Assembly (NCBI GenBank): GCA_965219995.1
Contig: CBDCOX010000002.1
Span: 3,552,001 to 3,616,000 of the forward strand
DNA: 64,000 nt
Direction of reading: 5' to 3'
From: Candidatus Latescibacterota bacterium
GTDB taxonomy: Bacteria > Latescibacterota > UBA2968 > GCA-2709665
Shown here piece by piece: positions 1-9,444 of the stretch. The translations under genes were made by a program, and so were the position numbers. The notes beneath the pieces are model-generated. The model saw only the letters and a list, made by a program, of their open reading frames with translations, was not told the origin of the DNA and made no database searches. The stretch's first letter is position 1. Every line of letters begins with the position of its first letter.

Positions 1-361
1 TTCCTTTCGCCTATCACCGCGGCCGTTTCCACTGGACATCCCTCACCGATCCGCTGGAACGCGCCTGGTCCGTGGACCTGAGCGGACTTACTTGATTGAA
101 CGAACTCAGGGCCGGGTGAAGTCCGTTGCGTCCATTCGCGATTGACTTCACCCGGCTCTTCATATAGTATACCTTCTCACCACAGTTCACGCACAAGTCA
201 CTCCCTCGCTCAATTGTCGGCGCCTGATCACCGGGTAGAAACTCAGGGTTCCGGAAACCTGGGTCAGGACGGGCGCTAGTGATTGACGGCGTTCAGGGCG
301 CCGCCCACTTTCCATCCGAAGCGTGCAGGCAATCTTATTTGGTGAGAATTGGAAGTCAGCC

Positions 362-2215
362 ATGAATGTCAGCGTGTCGGGACTTGCACACGTGTTTCTA
401 GTCGTTCTGGTTTCCAGTCTGATCTTGACCGTTGCACCAGCGCGTGCCGACGAGGACTGGGAAAAGGTGGAGAAGATCCTCGCGGAAGATCAGGGATTGA
501 TGGTGCTGGACGGGACCGAGAAGATTTCGGTGCGGTATGCAGGCACGGACCGCCCTGTGTCCGGAGACTGGCTGGTCCTCCACGCGTTTTCCGAGCCGGG
601 ATCGTTCAATCCGTATGCCGGGATGGACTATGGTTCTTACAGGATCCTGGAGAATGTGTTCGAGTCGATGTTGTATATGGAGGCGCCGCCGCCGTACGAG
701 TTCAAGGGTAAATTGGCGAAGGGGTATCCGGCGGTGTCTGCCGACAGGCTCTCCTATACCTTCGATCTACGGGAAGAGATCCGTTTTTCGGATGGCAAGC
801 CCTTGACCACAGAAGATGTACTGTTCACCTTCAAGGTGATCAAGAATCCGGAAGTACAGTTAACGGGATTCGTGCGAAGCGGATTCAAAGACCTGAAAGC
901 GGTCCGACCGGATGGACTGTATCGAATCACGTTTGTCTACCGGGAACCCTATTTCTATCATGCGATAAACATTGGACGGCGTTGGATCCTGCCGAAACAC
1001 CATTACGACCCCGACGGGCTGATGGACCGTGTGCGTATCGAGGATCTGATCGACGGGACGTGGGAGGCGGGGCCCCAGGCCGACCTGGTGCGCCGGTTCG
1101 CGGAGCAGTTTAACCGGGATTTCAGCCGGCACGCGCTGGGCTCGGGTCCGTATTTGTTTCCCAATTCCGACGACGCGGCGTCGCCGGGAAAGACCGTTCT
1201 GGAACGTGATGCGGACTATTGGGGACGAGGCAGGAAGGACCTCCCTCCCTCCGGTTACGTCGACAAACTGGTGTTCAATGTCGTCGTCAATCCGGACGCC
1301 GCGTTTATCGAACTGGTCAACGGCAACCTGGACGTTTTGAACATGTACCCCCTGCCGTTCAAGGAGAAAAGCTGGTCTGCCGCATTTACGTCGCGCTATC
1401 TCAAGGTGATCCGTTACGCAAGCGGTGTCAATTTTATCGCGTGGAACAACACGCATCCGATTTTCCGCGATAAGCGGGTTCGCCGGGCGATGAGTCATCT
1501 GACACCGCGTAAGAGCATCATCCGAAATCTGATCTACGGACTCGGCGTTACGATCGACGGACCAGTGCACATGTCTCGTCCGGAATTTCACGCGGGACTG
1601 GAACCCCTTGAGTATAACCGCGATCGGGCGGTCGAATTGCTGCAAGAGGCCGGGTGGACGGATACGGACCGTGACGGCGTTCTGGACCGTGTTGTGGACG
1701 GTGTCAAGACAGCATTCGAGTTTGAATTCCTGGTAGCGGCCGGTTCGCCGCTCAGCAAGGATATCGCCCTGGTGATGCAGGACGAACTCGCCAACGTGGG
1801 AATCGGCTGCAGGGTGCGTGAAATCGATCGTTCCATTTTTGGCGAGCGGTTGCGAGAGCGGGAGTACGATGCGTTGTTCACCGGCGTGGGCAGCCATCCG
1901 GCGGTGCCGCTGGACCTGTATTCAAGCTGGCATTCAGCCGAGGTCAGGGAAGGCGCCAATTATTCCTGTTTTGCGAACGAAGAGGCGGACCGCATCCTGG
2001 AACGGTATCGCCGTACGTTTGACGCGGACCGACGAATCTCACTCTACCGGAGGCTCCAGGAAATCCTGTACGATGAACAGCCCTATACGTTTATCTTCGT
2101 GGGGCGGTCGGTCACGGCCTACAGCAAGCGGTTTCGAGGGGTCAACTGGTATCCGTCAGGCCGCACGGACTATCTGGAATGGTGGGTGCCACCGTCGGAC
2201 CGGCGGTATCCGTAA
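362..2215 (+). CDS. Family 5 extracellular solute-binding protein (OppA/DppA/AppA-like peptide-binding protein)
   Basis: Signal peptide ending APARA; family-5 signature YTFDLREEIRFSDGKPLTTEDVLFTF; GSGPY; FRDKRVRRAM; LQEILYDEQPYTF. The ORF track starts at 323; ATG 362 is preferred. Confidence 0.9.
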   Translation: MNVSVSGLAHVFLVVLVSSLILTVAPARADEDWEKVEKILAEDQGLMVLDGTEKISVRYAGTDRPVSGDWLVLHAFSEPGSFNPYAGMDYGSYRILENVFESMLYMEAPPPYEFKGKLAKGYPAVSADRLSYTFDLREEIRFSDGKPLTTEDVLFTFKVIKNPEVQLTGFVRSGFKDLKAVRPDGLYRITFVYREPYFYHAINIGRRWILPKHHYDPDGLMDRVRIEDLIDGTWEAGPQADLVRRFAEQFNRDFSRHALGSGPYLFPNSDDAASPGKTVLERDADYWGRGRKDLPPSGYVDKLVFNVVVNPDAAFIELVNGNLDVLNMYPLPFKEKSWSAAFTSRYLKVIRYASGVNFIAWNNTHPIFRDKRVRRAMSHLTPRKSIIRNLIYGLGVTIDGPVHMSRPEFHAGLEPLEYNRDRAVELLQEAGWTDTDRDGVLDRVVDGVKTAFEFEFLVAAGSPLSKDIALVMQDELANVGIGCRVREIDRSIFGERLREREYDALFTGVGSHPAVPLDLYSSWHSAEVREGANYSCFANEEADRILERYRRTFDADRRISLYRRLQEILYDEQPYTFIFVGRSVTAYSKRFRGVNWYPSGRTDYLEWWVPPSDRRYP

Positions 2216-2545
2216 GACAGAAACTCTGGCAAACTGGCGATTGGATATCCTGGGAGCGAGGGCGTCTCGCACTGGATGGCTTTCAACGCAGCCTGCTGCG
2301 ATGGTAGCTGTCGTCATTTGATTTTCTGACCACCCATCGCCAACCAGTTCGATGGTCGGGTTTAGGGGGCTGATAGCTGAAGTCTGAACGCGCACAATAG
2401 AATGGAAAGTCGAACCACACAAATCCCTTTACGCCACAGTTTTCATCATCGTGGTTACCAATAAACCGATCCACAGATCGTCTTTTGCGAAAGACGTGAA
2501 CGAATCAGTTTTCATCTTCGAGAGTACAATTACTCTGGTTTCGCT

Positions 2546-5500
2546 ATGTCCAAACTTGACGCGGGAACGATTGTAGACGGACATTATGAGATCCTGGCAC
2601 CCGTTGGAAGCGGGGGTTTGGGTACCGTATACCGCGCGCGGGACGTTGCGGATGGTTCCACCGTGGCGTTGAAGATGCTGGATATTTCGGGAGACGAGGC
2701 ACAGCGGCGGTTCCTGAGAGAGTTCAACATCCTGTCCCGCATCCGCCATCCCAGAATCGTGCGTCCCCTCCGTTGGGGCGTGTATGAAGGGAAGCCGTAT
2801 TTCTCCATGGCGTTTATTTCCGGTCGGCCCTTGTCCGATCTGATTGCGGACGCGGGAGACCGCGACAGGCTGAGAACTACGTCGTTTCTTCAACTTGCGC
2901 GGCAAATTGGAGACGGACTGGCTCACATCCACGAACAGGGCTTGATACATCGGGACCTGAAGCCGTCCAACATTATGATCGCCGAAGCGGATGGCAATCT
3001 CGACGTAACAATCATGGATCTGGGTCTGGCTCGATTTCAGGATTCGCGGGAGCGTCGCCTGACGCCGCCGGGGGCGGCCACGGGAACCATGGAATATATG
3101 TCGCCCGAGCAGATCCGCGGCCGGTCGGTGGACCCGAGGTGCGACCTGTATTCGATGGGAATCATATTGTACGAGGTCCTGACGGGCGAACCGCCCTTTA
3201 CAGGCGGGAATCCGGCTTCGGTGATGCTTCGGCATCTGAGAGACCTGCCCAGGCCGCCCGATGTTCAGGGCATTCCGGACCGGATCCAGGGTGTGGTCAT
3301 GAAACTGCTGGAAAAGGAACCGGTTGACCGCTATAGCTCGGTGGGCAACCTGCTGCAGGAGTTGGCGGAAGTCGACCGGCCGGTTCCAGACGAGACCGGG
3401 ACCGCGCCTGTTTCCATATCGCCCGTGCCCCTTCTGGGGCCCCAGTTTCAGGGCCGGGAGCGCGAGATGAAGGCTCTCCGGGAAATCCTGGGGGATTCCG
3501 TGGAGGGGATGGGGCGGATGGTGCTGATAAGCGGCGAGGCCGGCATCGGGAAAACCCAGGTCCTGGAGGAGTTTCAGGCCGACGCCCGCGTTTACGGAAT
3601 GCGCGTATTGATGGGGCGTTGCTACGAGAGCGGCGGACGGGCCTATGGACCATTCCTGGAAGCGTTGACGGACCTGGCAGACAGGCCGGGCATTCAGGGT
3701 TCGGACCTTGAAGAAGCCGTTAAACGTGTAATGGCGCAAATTGATCGGGCGGTGGCCGGCGATCAGAGAGATCCATTTCCGGTCATTGAGATTCTTGCCG
3801 AATTTGTCGGCGATCTGAGCCGGGAAACCCCAACCCTTGTTTGCGTCGACGATATTCAATGGGCGGACGACCTGAGCTTGCGGTTCCTGGATTTTATGCG
3901 GCGGGATACGGATCCGTCGACCCTTGTTTTCGGCCTGACCTGCCGGAAAGAAGGTGAAGACCTGTTGCCCGAACGTATCGAGGCCGTGTTTCCCCACGGA
4001 GACGCGCCCGGGTTGGTCCATTTGCCGCTTGAACCGCTCAGTCTTGAAGAAACCACGAATCTGGCTGCCTCCGTACTCGGCGAACAGAGTGTGCCGGATG
4101 ACGAAGCCCGCAGGATTCGCGAGGAGACCGGCGGAAACCCTCTATTTGCCGTGGAACTGGTCCGCGGGGCCATCGAAAACGGTTCGATTCGCCGGGACCC
4201 TGCGGGCGGGTGGACGTGGCCGCGGTCCTCGGACTGGCCCATGCCCGCGGGCATCACACAGGCGATAGATTCGCGTCTCCGACGGTTACAATCTGATGAC
4301 CGCCGGGTGCTGGAGTACGCTTCGATTTTTCGAGGGGCGTTTTCGTTCGACCTGATTTCGGAAATATGGCGCGGCGATGACTTGCGGCTGCTTGAGGCCC
4401 TGGAGGGGCTTGTCCGCCTGGGCCTATTAAAAGATATGCAAGACCGGGACGGACGGTACCGGTTTTCGCATGGACTGATCCAACGGGCTGTCTACGACGG
4501 TATATCAGCAAACAGACGTACGCTGCTTCACCGGGAGGCAGGCAGGGCCCTTGAAACGCGGTCCGGGTCCGGCGGCTCGGAGACGCTGGACGAACTGGCC
4601 TACCACTTCTCGAGATCGAACGACCTGGAAAAAATGGCGCAGTACGTGACGGCATCCGGCAGGTTAGCGTTGCGGATGTGTGATTTCTCGCACGCTCTGG
4701 AGCTGTTTGAAGCGATTCTCGAGAAAGGCGCGTTCTCACCCGACGCGCCGGCCGGCGTTTCTCAAGGATCCCTGGCGCACCTGGATTTCCTCTGCGTCTA
4801 CGCCGAGGCGCTCTCCGGTTGTGACAGGTATAAGGACGCTCGGCGCGAATTGGATCACGCCCTGCGGTGGGTGTCCGCCGATACGCCGAGGCAGAGAGCA
4901 TACGCGTTGAGGATGATGGGAATAAACCACATCCATTTCGAGGATTATGTAAAGGCCGAATCCGTGTTTTCGGAGGCCTTGGGTCTCTTCCGAGAATTGG
5001 GCGACGAAGAGTCTGAAATGAGTGTTGTGGGGTTATTGTCCAATATCTACTTTAGGCTGAAGGATTTGGAAACGGCCGAGAGATTTTGTGAGTCAGCTGC
5101 TGAAAGATGCCGGGAATTGGGAGGGGACGTTAATGAGGCGCGTGCCTTGAATTATCTCGCGTTTGCGGCACAATTTACCTATCGGAATGAAAGAGCCAGG
5201 ACGCTCCTTGAGTCTTCACTGGATCTGATGGACAGGGCAGGGGATCGGACATATCGCCATGGCAGTCTTTTCCTGCTGGGACGTATAGAGATCCGACTGG
5301 GAAATTTCGATCGTGCGAAGGAGGTATTCCAGGAACATCGAGACTTCTGGGCCAGGCGAGGTTCGAAGTCTACGGAGGCCCTGGCACATAATCGATTGGG
5401 CTGGATCGCCCTGGAACAGGGAGACACCGCCAGTGCGGAAACGCATGCCCGATCTGCGGAACGCCTATTGTCGGATGGCGGGCGCATGGATCAGATGTAC

Positions 5501-7405
5501 CGGACGTATGGATTGCTGGCCGAGACGCTGGCGGAGACCGGCCGCGTTGAAGAGGCGCTTTCCTGGGCCGAACGGGCCGGGCCGGGCGTGGAGTACGGCG
5601 GAAATATTCGCGCCATTGCATGGACTGCGAAGGCAAAATCGCTTGCCGCGGCCGGCCGCCATGACGAAGTCGATTCCCTGTTCGATCATGTATCGGAAGC
5701 CCAGGGCTCGCCGGACGGTTTGGAAGAAATAAACCTGTTCGTTGTGGCGGGCGCGTACTATCTGGAGCGGGGGCGTCTTGCCGATGCACGGCGGTTCCTT
5801 GAAACCGCCCGCGAGGCTGCCAAACGGCTGAATTTGCGTTATTATGCCGGGAAGGCAGCGGATCTTCTGGATCGTGTTGCTGAGGAAGTTGAAATGACGT
5901 TGCCCGCAAAGGAGATGGCTTCCGCGCTTTCGGAAGAACACCTCCTGACGCTCTATCAGGCTTCCGAAGAGTTGACGTCGGTCCTGGAACTGAACGTGCT
6001 TCTGGATCGGATTCTGGACCGCCTGAGGAAGGTGAGCCGTGCCGAACGCGTGTTGATCGTCCTCAAGGATGAAGCTGCCGCTCACGTCGAGGTGGCGCGC
6101 AAGCACAATCTGCACGATGCAGCGACGCGGGAGATCAGCCGCGGGATCATCAAGTGGGCAATGGAGCGAAACGAGCCGATATTGAGTCTTGACGCCCGCG
6201 TCGATGAACGATTCAGACAACGAGCAAGTGTAACGGCGTACGGCATCCGATCGGTGCTTTGCGTTCCCCTGCGACACGCGGAGTCTGGTGTGATCGGCGC
6301 GATTTATATGGACCACCGAAAGCTGGAGGACATGTTCACCGAAAAAGACAGGGCGCTCTTGTCGGCATTCGGAAATCTGGTATCCATAGCCGTTGTCAAC
6401 GCCCGAATGTACTCACAGATCGGAGACCGGGCGCTCTTCTTCCAGAAGCAAATCGAGGGTCGCCACCGATTGGAAGAACTGGTGGGGCAGAGCCGGGCAA
6501 TGCAGGACGTGTTCAAACTGGTCGACGTCGCGGCGGAAAGCGACATGACGGTGCTGATTCAGGGTGAGACCGGAACGGGCAAGGAACTGGCCGCCCGGGC
6601 TATTCATGCCCGCAGCAAGCGAAAGGAACAGCCCTTTCTGTCGGCGAATTGCGCCGCGCTAACCCACGAACTGCTCCAGAGCGAACTGTTCGGTCACAAG
6701 AGGGGCGCATTTACCGGAGCCGTTTCGGACCGAAGAGGCCTGTTCCTCTCCGCGAACGGCGGCACGGTATTCCTGGACGAAATCGGGAATGCCTCGCCTC
6801 AGTTGCAATCGAGCCTGTTGCGGGTGCTCCAGAACGGCGAGATACAGCGGGTGGGCGAAACCGAGGTTCGGAACGTGGACGTTCGGGTGATTGCAGCTAC
6901 GAATCGCGACCTGGAAGCCGACGTACGTGAGGGTCGGTTTCGAGAGGATCTATATTATCGTCTGCGAGTCTTGCAGATTGACATGCCGCCCCTTCGTGAT
7001 CACATTGAAGATGTTCCATTGCTGTCGGAGCATATTCTTGAACGTGTGTGCGCGGACCAGGGCAAGTCCGTGCCGGGGTTTACCGTGGGGGCCATTCGGG
7101 TGCTGATGGACCATGGCTGGCCCGGAAACGTGCGAGAGTTGGAAAACGAGATTGGACGGGCCGTTGCCCTGGTCGAAGAAGAAAAAGAGATCTCTGCGGA
7201 TCTGTTTTCCGAGAAGATCGGCCTTCCCGAGGAACTGAGAGCCCGGGAACGCGGTTATTTCAAGGCCCGTTTGGACGCTGTGAAGAGACGGATGATCATT
7301 GACGCGCTCGATCAATGCGATGGTAATATCAGCCGGGCCGCCGATCGACTGGGGCTCAGCCGAAATGGCCTTCAGAAGATGATGACGCGATACGGTCTGC
7401 GGTGA
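2546..7405 (+). CDS. Ser/Thr kinase - AAA/STAND ATPase - TPR - GAF - sigma54-dependent activator (Fis-type HTH) fusion
   Basis: Kinase motifs [31 protein letters not shown]-loop GEAGIGKT with [14 protein letters not shown]-like helical repeats and a GAF ([10 protein letters not shown]). bEBP motifs [32 protein letters not shown]-terminal [14 protein letters not shown]. Confidence 0.93.
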   Translation: MSKLDAGTIVDGHYEILAPVGSGGLGTVYRARDVADGSTVALKMLDISGDEAQRRFLREFNILSRIRHPRIVRPLRWGVYEGKPYFSMAFISGRPLSDLIADAGDRDRLRTTSFLQLARQIGDGLAHIHEQGLIHRDLKPSNIMIAEADGNLDVTIMDLGLARFQDSRERRLTPPGAATGTMEYMSPEQIRGRSVDPRCDLYSMGIILYEVLTGEPPFTGGNPASVMLRHLRDLPRPPDVQGIPDRIQGVVMKLLEKEPVDRYSSVGNLLQELAEVDRPVPDETGTAPVSISPVPLLGPQFQGREREMKALREILGDSVEGMGRMVLISGEAGIGKTQVLEEFQADARVYGMRVLMGRCYESGGRAYGPFLEALTDLADRPGIQGSDLEEAVKRVMAQIDRAVAGDQRDPFPVIEILAEFVGDLSRETPTLVCVDDIQWADDLSLRFLDFMRRDTDPSTLVFGLTCRKEGEDLLPERIEAVFPHGDAPGLVHLPLEPLSLEETTNLAASVLGEQSVPDDEARRIREETGGNPLFAVELVRGAIENGSIRRDPAGGWTWPRSSDWPMPAGITQAIDSRLRRLQSDDRRVLEYASIFRGAFSFDLISEIWRGDDLRLLEALEGLVRLGLLKDMQDRDGRYRFSHGLIQRAVYDGISANRRTLLHREAGRALETRSGSGGSETLDELAYHFSRSNDLEKMAQYVTASGRLALRMCDFSHALELFEAILEKGAFSPDAPAGVSQGSLAHLDFLCVYAEALSGCDRYKDARRELDHALRWVSADTPRQRAYALRMMGINHIHFEDYVKAESVFSEALGLFRELGDEESEMSVVGLLSNIYFRLKDLETAERFCESAAERCRELGGDVNEARALNYLAFAAQFTYRNERARTLLESSLDLMDRAGDRTYRHGSLFLLGRIEIRLGNFDRAKEVFQEHRDFWARRGSKSTEALAHNRLGWIALEQGDTASAETHARSAERLLSDGGRMDQMYRTYGLLAETLAETGRVEEALSWAERAGPGVEYGGNIRAIAWTAKAKSLAAAGRHDEVDSLFDHVSEAQGSPDGLEEINLFVVAGAYYLERGRLADARRFLETAREAAKRLNLRYYAGKAADLLDRVAEEVEMTLPAKEMASALSEEHLLTLYQASEELTSVLELNVLLDRILDRLRKVSRAERVLIVLKDEAAAHVEVARKHNLHDAATREISRGIIKWAMERNEPILSLDARVDERFRQRASVTAYGIRSVLCVPLRHAESGVIGAIYMDHRKLEDMFTEKDRALLSAFGNLVSIAVVNARMYSQIGDRALFFQKQIEGRHRLEELVGQSRAMQDVFKLVDVAAESDMTVLIQGETGTGKELAARAIHARSKRKEQPFLSANCAALTHELLQSELFGHKRGAFTGAVSDRRGLFLSANGGTVFLDEIGNASPQLQSSLLRVLQNGEIQRVGETEVRNVDVRVIAATNRDLEADVREGRFREDLYYRLRVLQIDMPPLRDHIEDVPLLSEHILERVCADQGKSVPGFTVGAIRVLMDHGWPGNVRELENEIGRAVALVEEEKEISADLFSEKIGLPEELRARERGYFKARLDAVKRRMIIDALDQCDGNISRAADRLGLSRNGLQKMMTRYGLR

Positions 7406-7427
7406 AAAATCAGGCCTGAGTAACGAA

Positions 7428-7450
7428 AAGTGCAGACGTTATCTGCACTT
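7428..7450. promoter_or_regulatory. Candidate enhancer (UAS) palindrome
   Basis: Perfect 9-bp inverted repeat aagtgcaga-N5-tctgcactt, i.e. TGCA-N9-TGCA, the spacing of NtrC-type sites. No U-tract follows. Confidence 0.5.
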
Positions 7451-7554
7451 GGCCACAAAGTCGTAATAATAATGTAGACAATGTTGTAAATTCATATAAA
7501 AGTTTGTTATTGATTGATTTATGAGGCGAAATCCTTCAACTTCAGCCACAATAC

Positions 7555-7571
7555 TGTATACATTGTATACA
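7555..7571. promoter_or_regulatory. Second candidate UAS palindrome
   Basis: tgtatacattgtataca = TGTA-N9-TACA, the same geometry as the 7428 site, about 100 bp upstream of the -24 element. Confidence 0.4.
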
Positions 7572-7615
7572 TCTGACGTCTGAACGCTGTTTTTCCGCGG
7601 GCGAATACTTATCCT

Positions 7616-7628
7616 TAATCTGTTGTTT
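7616..7628 (-). promoter_or_regulatory. IHF-like binding site
   Basis: Minus strand reads AAACAACAGATTA, one mismatch to WATCAANNNNTTR, and lies between the UAS candidates and the -24/-12 site. Confidence 0.4.
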
Positions 7629-7670
7629 TTAAGACGCTTGTGCATTCGCACGAGCGTCGTTTCTTTTTAT

Positions 7671-7687
7671 TCGGTACAATAATTGCA
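7671..7687 (+). promoter_or_regulatory. Sigma54 (-24/-12) promoter
   Basis: tcGGtacaataattGCa: GG at 7673-7674, exactly 10 nt, then GC at 7685-7686 in a TTGCA context. Lies in AT-rich DNA just downstream of a bEBP gene. Confidence 0.65.
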
Positions 7688-8089
7688 CTGTGAGGACATG
7701 CAACTCTTGCTGCTATGCATGAGATGAATGAAGCGACTGATCGCTCTGGCAATGCGGTCAGTTTCCCGACGAGAGAACTGGTGCCCACATCTTTCTTGCC
7801 CCTACAGCAATTCGCAAATCCAGATGGAGCCTGTCCAATCCAACGGTTCAATCGTTCAACCGAGAACCGCAAAGCGCCCGACCCGCACACGCACCCTTGA
7901 GTGCATGCTCTGCCGAATTCCGGATTTCCCGAACCTGAATTGCAGGGTCAGTGTCTTTCGGATTGGCAGGACACGTTCGAAATGTAGCGTAAAGTGACCC
8001 TACCCGTACGGACCGATATACTCGACCTCCCATCAAGTCGTTCGAGGATGCGCCTTATGTGACACCACGAAATACACACTAGTACTTAC

Positions 8090-8118
8090 TTGACAAAGAA
8101 AGCGAATTAATATATCTT
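8090..8118 (+). promoter_or_regulatory. Sigma70-type promoter overlapping the IS630 left IR
   Basis: TTGACA-N17-TATCTT. Confidence 0.6.
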
Positions 8119-8167
8119 GTGCTCATAGGGAATCGATCTCAGTTCAACTGTGGAGAGGAGACCGCCT

Positions 8168-9235
8168 ATGAGCCGCCCCGCCGTGTTGATCACGTTGAGC
8201 GACGAGGAAAAAGAGACGCTGTTGAGTTGGACACGTTCAGGCAAGACACAACATCGTTATGTGCTGCGCGCCCGGGTTGTTCTGTCAGCATCTCAGGGCG
8301 TTGCGAACCGGGACATCGCCAGGGACCTGGGAACGCGCGAGGCCACCGTGTGCAAGTGGCGCCGGCGCTTTCACGAGTCGGGTCTTTCCGGGTTGCAGGA
8401 CAAGGCGAGGTCGGGTAAGCCTGCCAAGTACGACCAGTCAAGCGAAAGGCGCATTTTGGAGGCCTTGGACGACGCCCCGCCCAAGGGCTATGGAAACTGG
8501 ACCGGTCCGTTGTTGGCCGACAAGCTGGGGATTTCTGTCCACTATGTCTGGCAGGTCTTGCGCAACCACGGCATCTCACTGGCCAGAAGGCGCAGCTGGT
8601 GTATCAGCACCGATCCCGAATTTGCCACCAAGGCCGCAGCCATCGTGGGGTTGTATCTGGAACCTCCCAAAAATGCGATTGTCTTGTGCGTCGACGAAAA
8701 GCCCGCGATCCAGGCGTTGGAAAGGGTACAGGGATGGCTCAAGCTGCCCAACGGCAAGGCCGTGACCGGCTTTAACCACGAATACAAGAGAAACGGCACC
8801 ACCACGTTATTCGCTGCATTGAACGTCGCCACCGGCCTCGTCAAGGCCGGGCGTTACAAAAGGCGCAAACGACGCCAGTTTCTGAGCTTTATGAACGAAC
8901 TTGTCGCCGAATACCCCGATCAGGAACTCCACATCATCCTCGACAACCTGAACACCCACAGGCCCAAGAACGACCGCTGGCTGCCACGCCATCCCAATGT
9001 CCACTTCTACTACACCCCTACCCACGCATCCTGGCTCAACCAGATCGAAATCTGGTTCAGCATCCTGTGGAAAAGCGCGCTCAAAGGCGGCTCCTTCACC
9101 TCGATTCGAGACTTGCGGACCGCCATCAATCACTTCATTGACGCCTACAACGAGAACGCACATCCCTTCGAGTGGAAGGCCACAAAAGTCCGACCCAAAG
9201 CCCTTGAAGATAAATTCGCTAATTTAACCAATTAA
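8168..9235 (+). CDS. IS630 family transposase
   Basis: N-terminal HTH; DDE motifs VLCVDEK, IILDNLNTH, ASWLNQIEIWF; YKRNGTTTLFAAL. RBS GAGGAG precedes ATG 8168; the stop lies in the right IR. Confidence 0.95.
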   Translation: MSRPAVLITLSDEEKETLLSWTRSGKTQHRYVLRARVVLSASQGVANRDIARDLGTREATVCKWRRRFHESGLSGLQDKARSGKPAKYDQSSERRILEALDDAPPKGYGNWTGPLLADKLGISVHYVWQVLRNHGISLARRRSWCISTDPEFATKAAAIVGLYLEPPKNAIVLCVDEKPAIQALERVQGWLKLPNGKAVTGFNHEYKRNGTTTLFAALNVATGLVKAGRYKRRKRRQFLSFMNELVAEYPDQELHIILDNLNTHRPKNDRWLPRHPNVHFYYTPTHASWLNQIEIWFSILWKSALKGGSFTSIRDLRTAINHFIDAYNENAHPFEWKATKVRPKALEDKFANLTN

Positions 9236-9444
9236 ATACTAGGCGAAGATAGGCGAATTTAGCTGCAAGCGCTCAAGATCCTTCGACACGCGGTTGGATC
9301 GCTGAGGTACTCGACAAAGCAGTCGTATGACAAATGGCCATTCCTCGGATAGACGATTCGGAAAAGATTGAGCGCCTGATACCGCAATGGTTTGACGAAA
9401 CCCGGCGCTATGGCACCTCGATACATCTTCGGAGGGGCAGGGTT

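Larger units (their letters stand above)
8079..9242 (+). mobile_element. IS630-family insertion sequence
   Basis: Bounded by CTAG at 8079-8082 and 9239-9242, consistent with a TA target duplication. Imperfect terminal IRs ctagtacttacttgacaaagaaagcgaattaat vs reverse complement ctagtatttaattggttaaattagcgaatttat (24/33 identical). Single transposase ORF. Confidence 0.92.

Noticed and set aside
14-196. 60-aa minus-strand ORF at the window edge
   Set aside because: No recognisable features and not enough context.
2429-4021. Long antisense ORFs (also 860-1897, 9760-11124, 35488-36669, 39845-41320, 56150-57262, 58243-59523)
   Set aside because: Shadow frames opposite well-supported genes in GC-rich DNA, with no motifs.
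7715-7997. Small ORFs downstream of the sigma54 promoter (61 aa and 89 aa)
   Set aside because: No recognisable motif or convincing RBS, and the two alternatives overlap. Left uncalled, though a leader peptide cannot be excluded.
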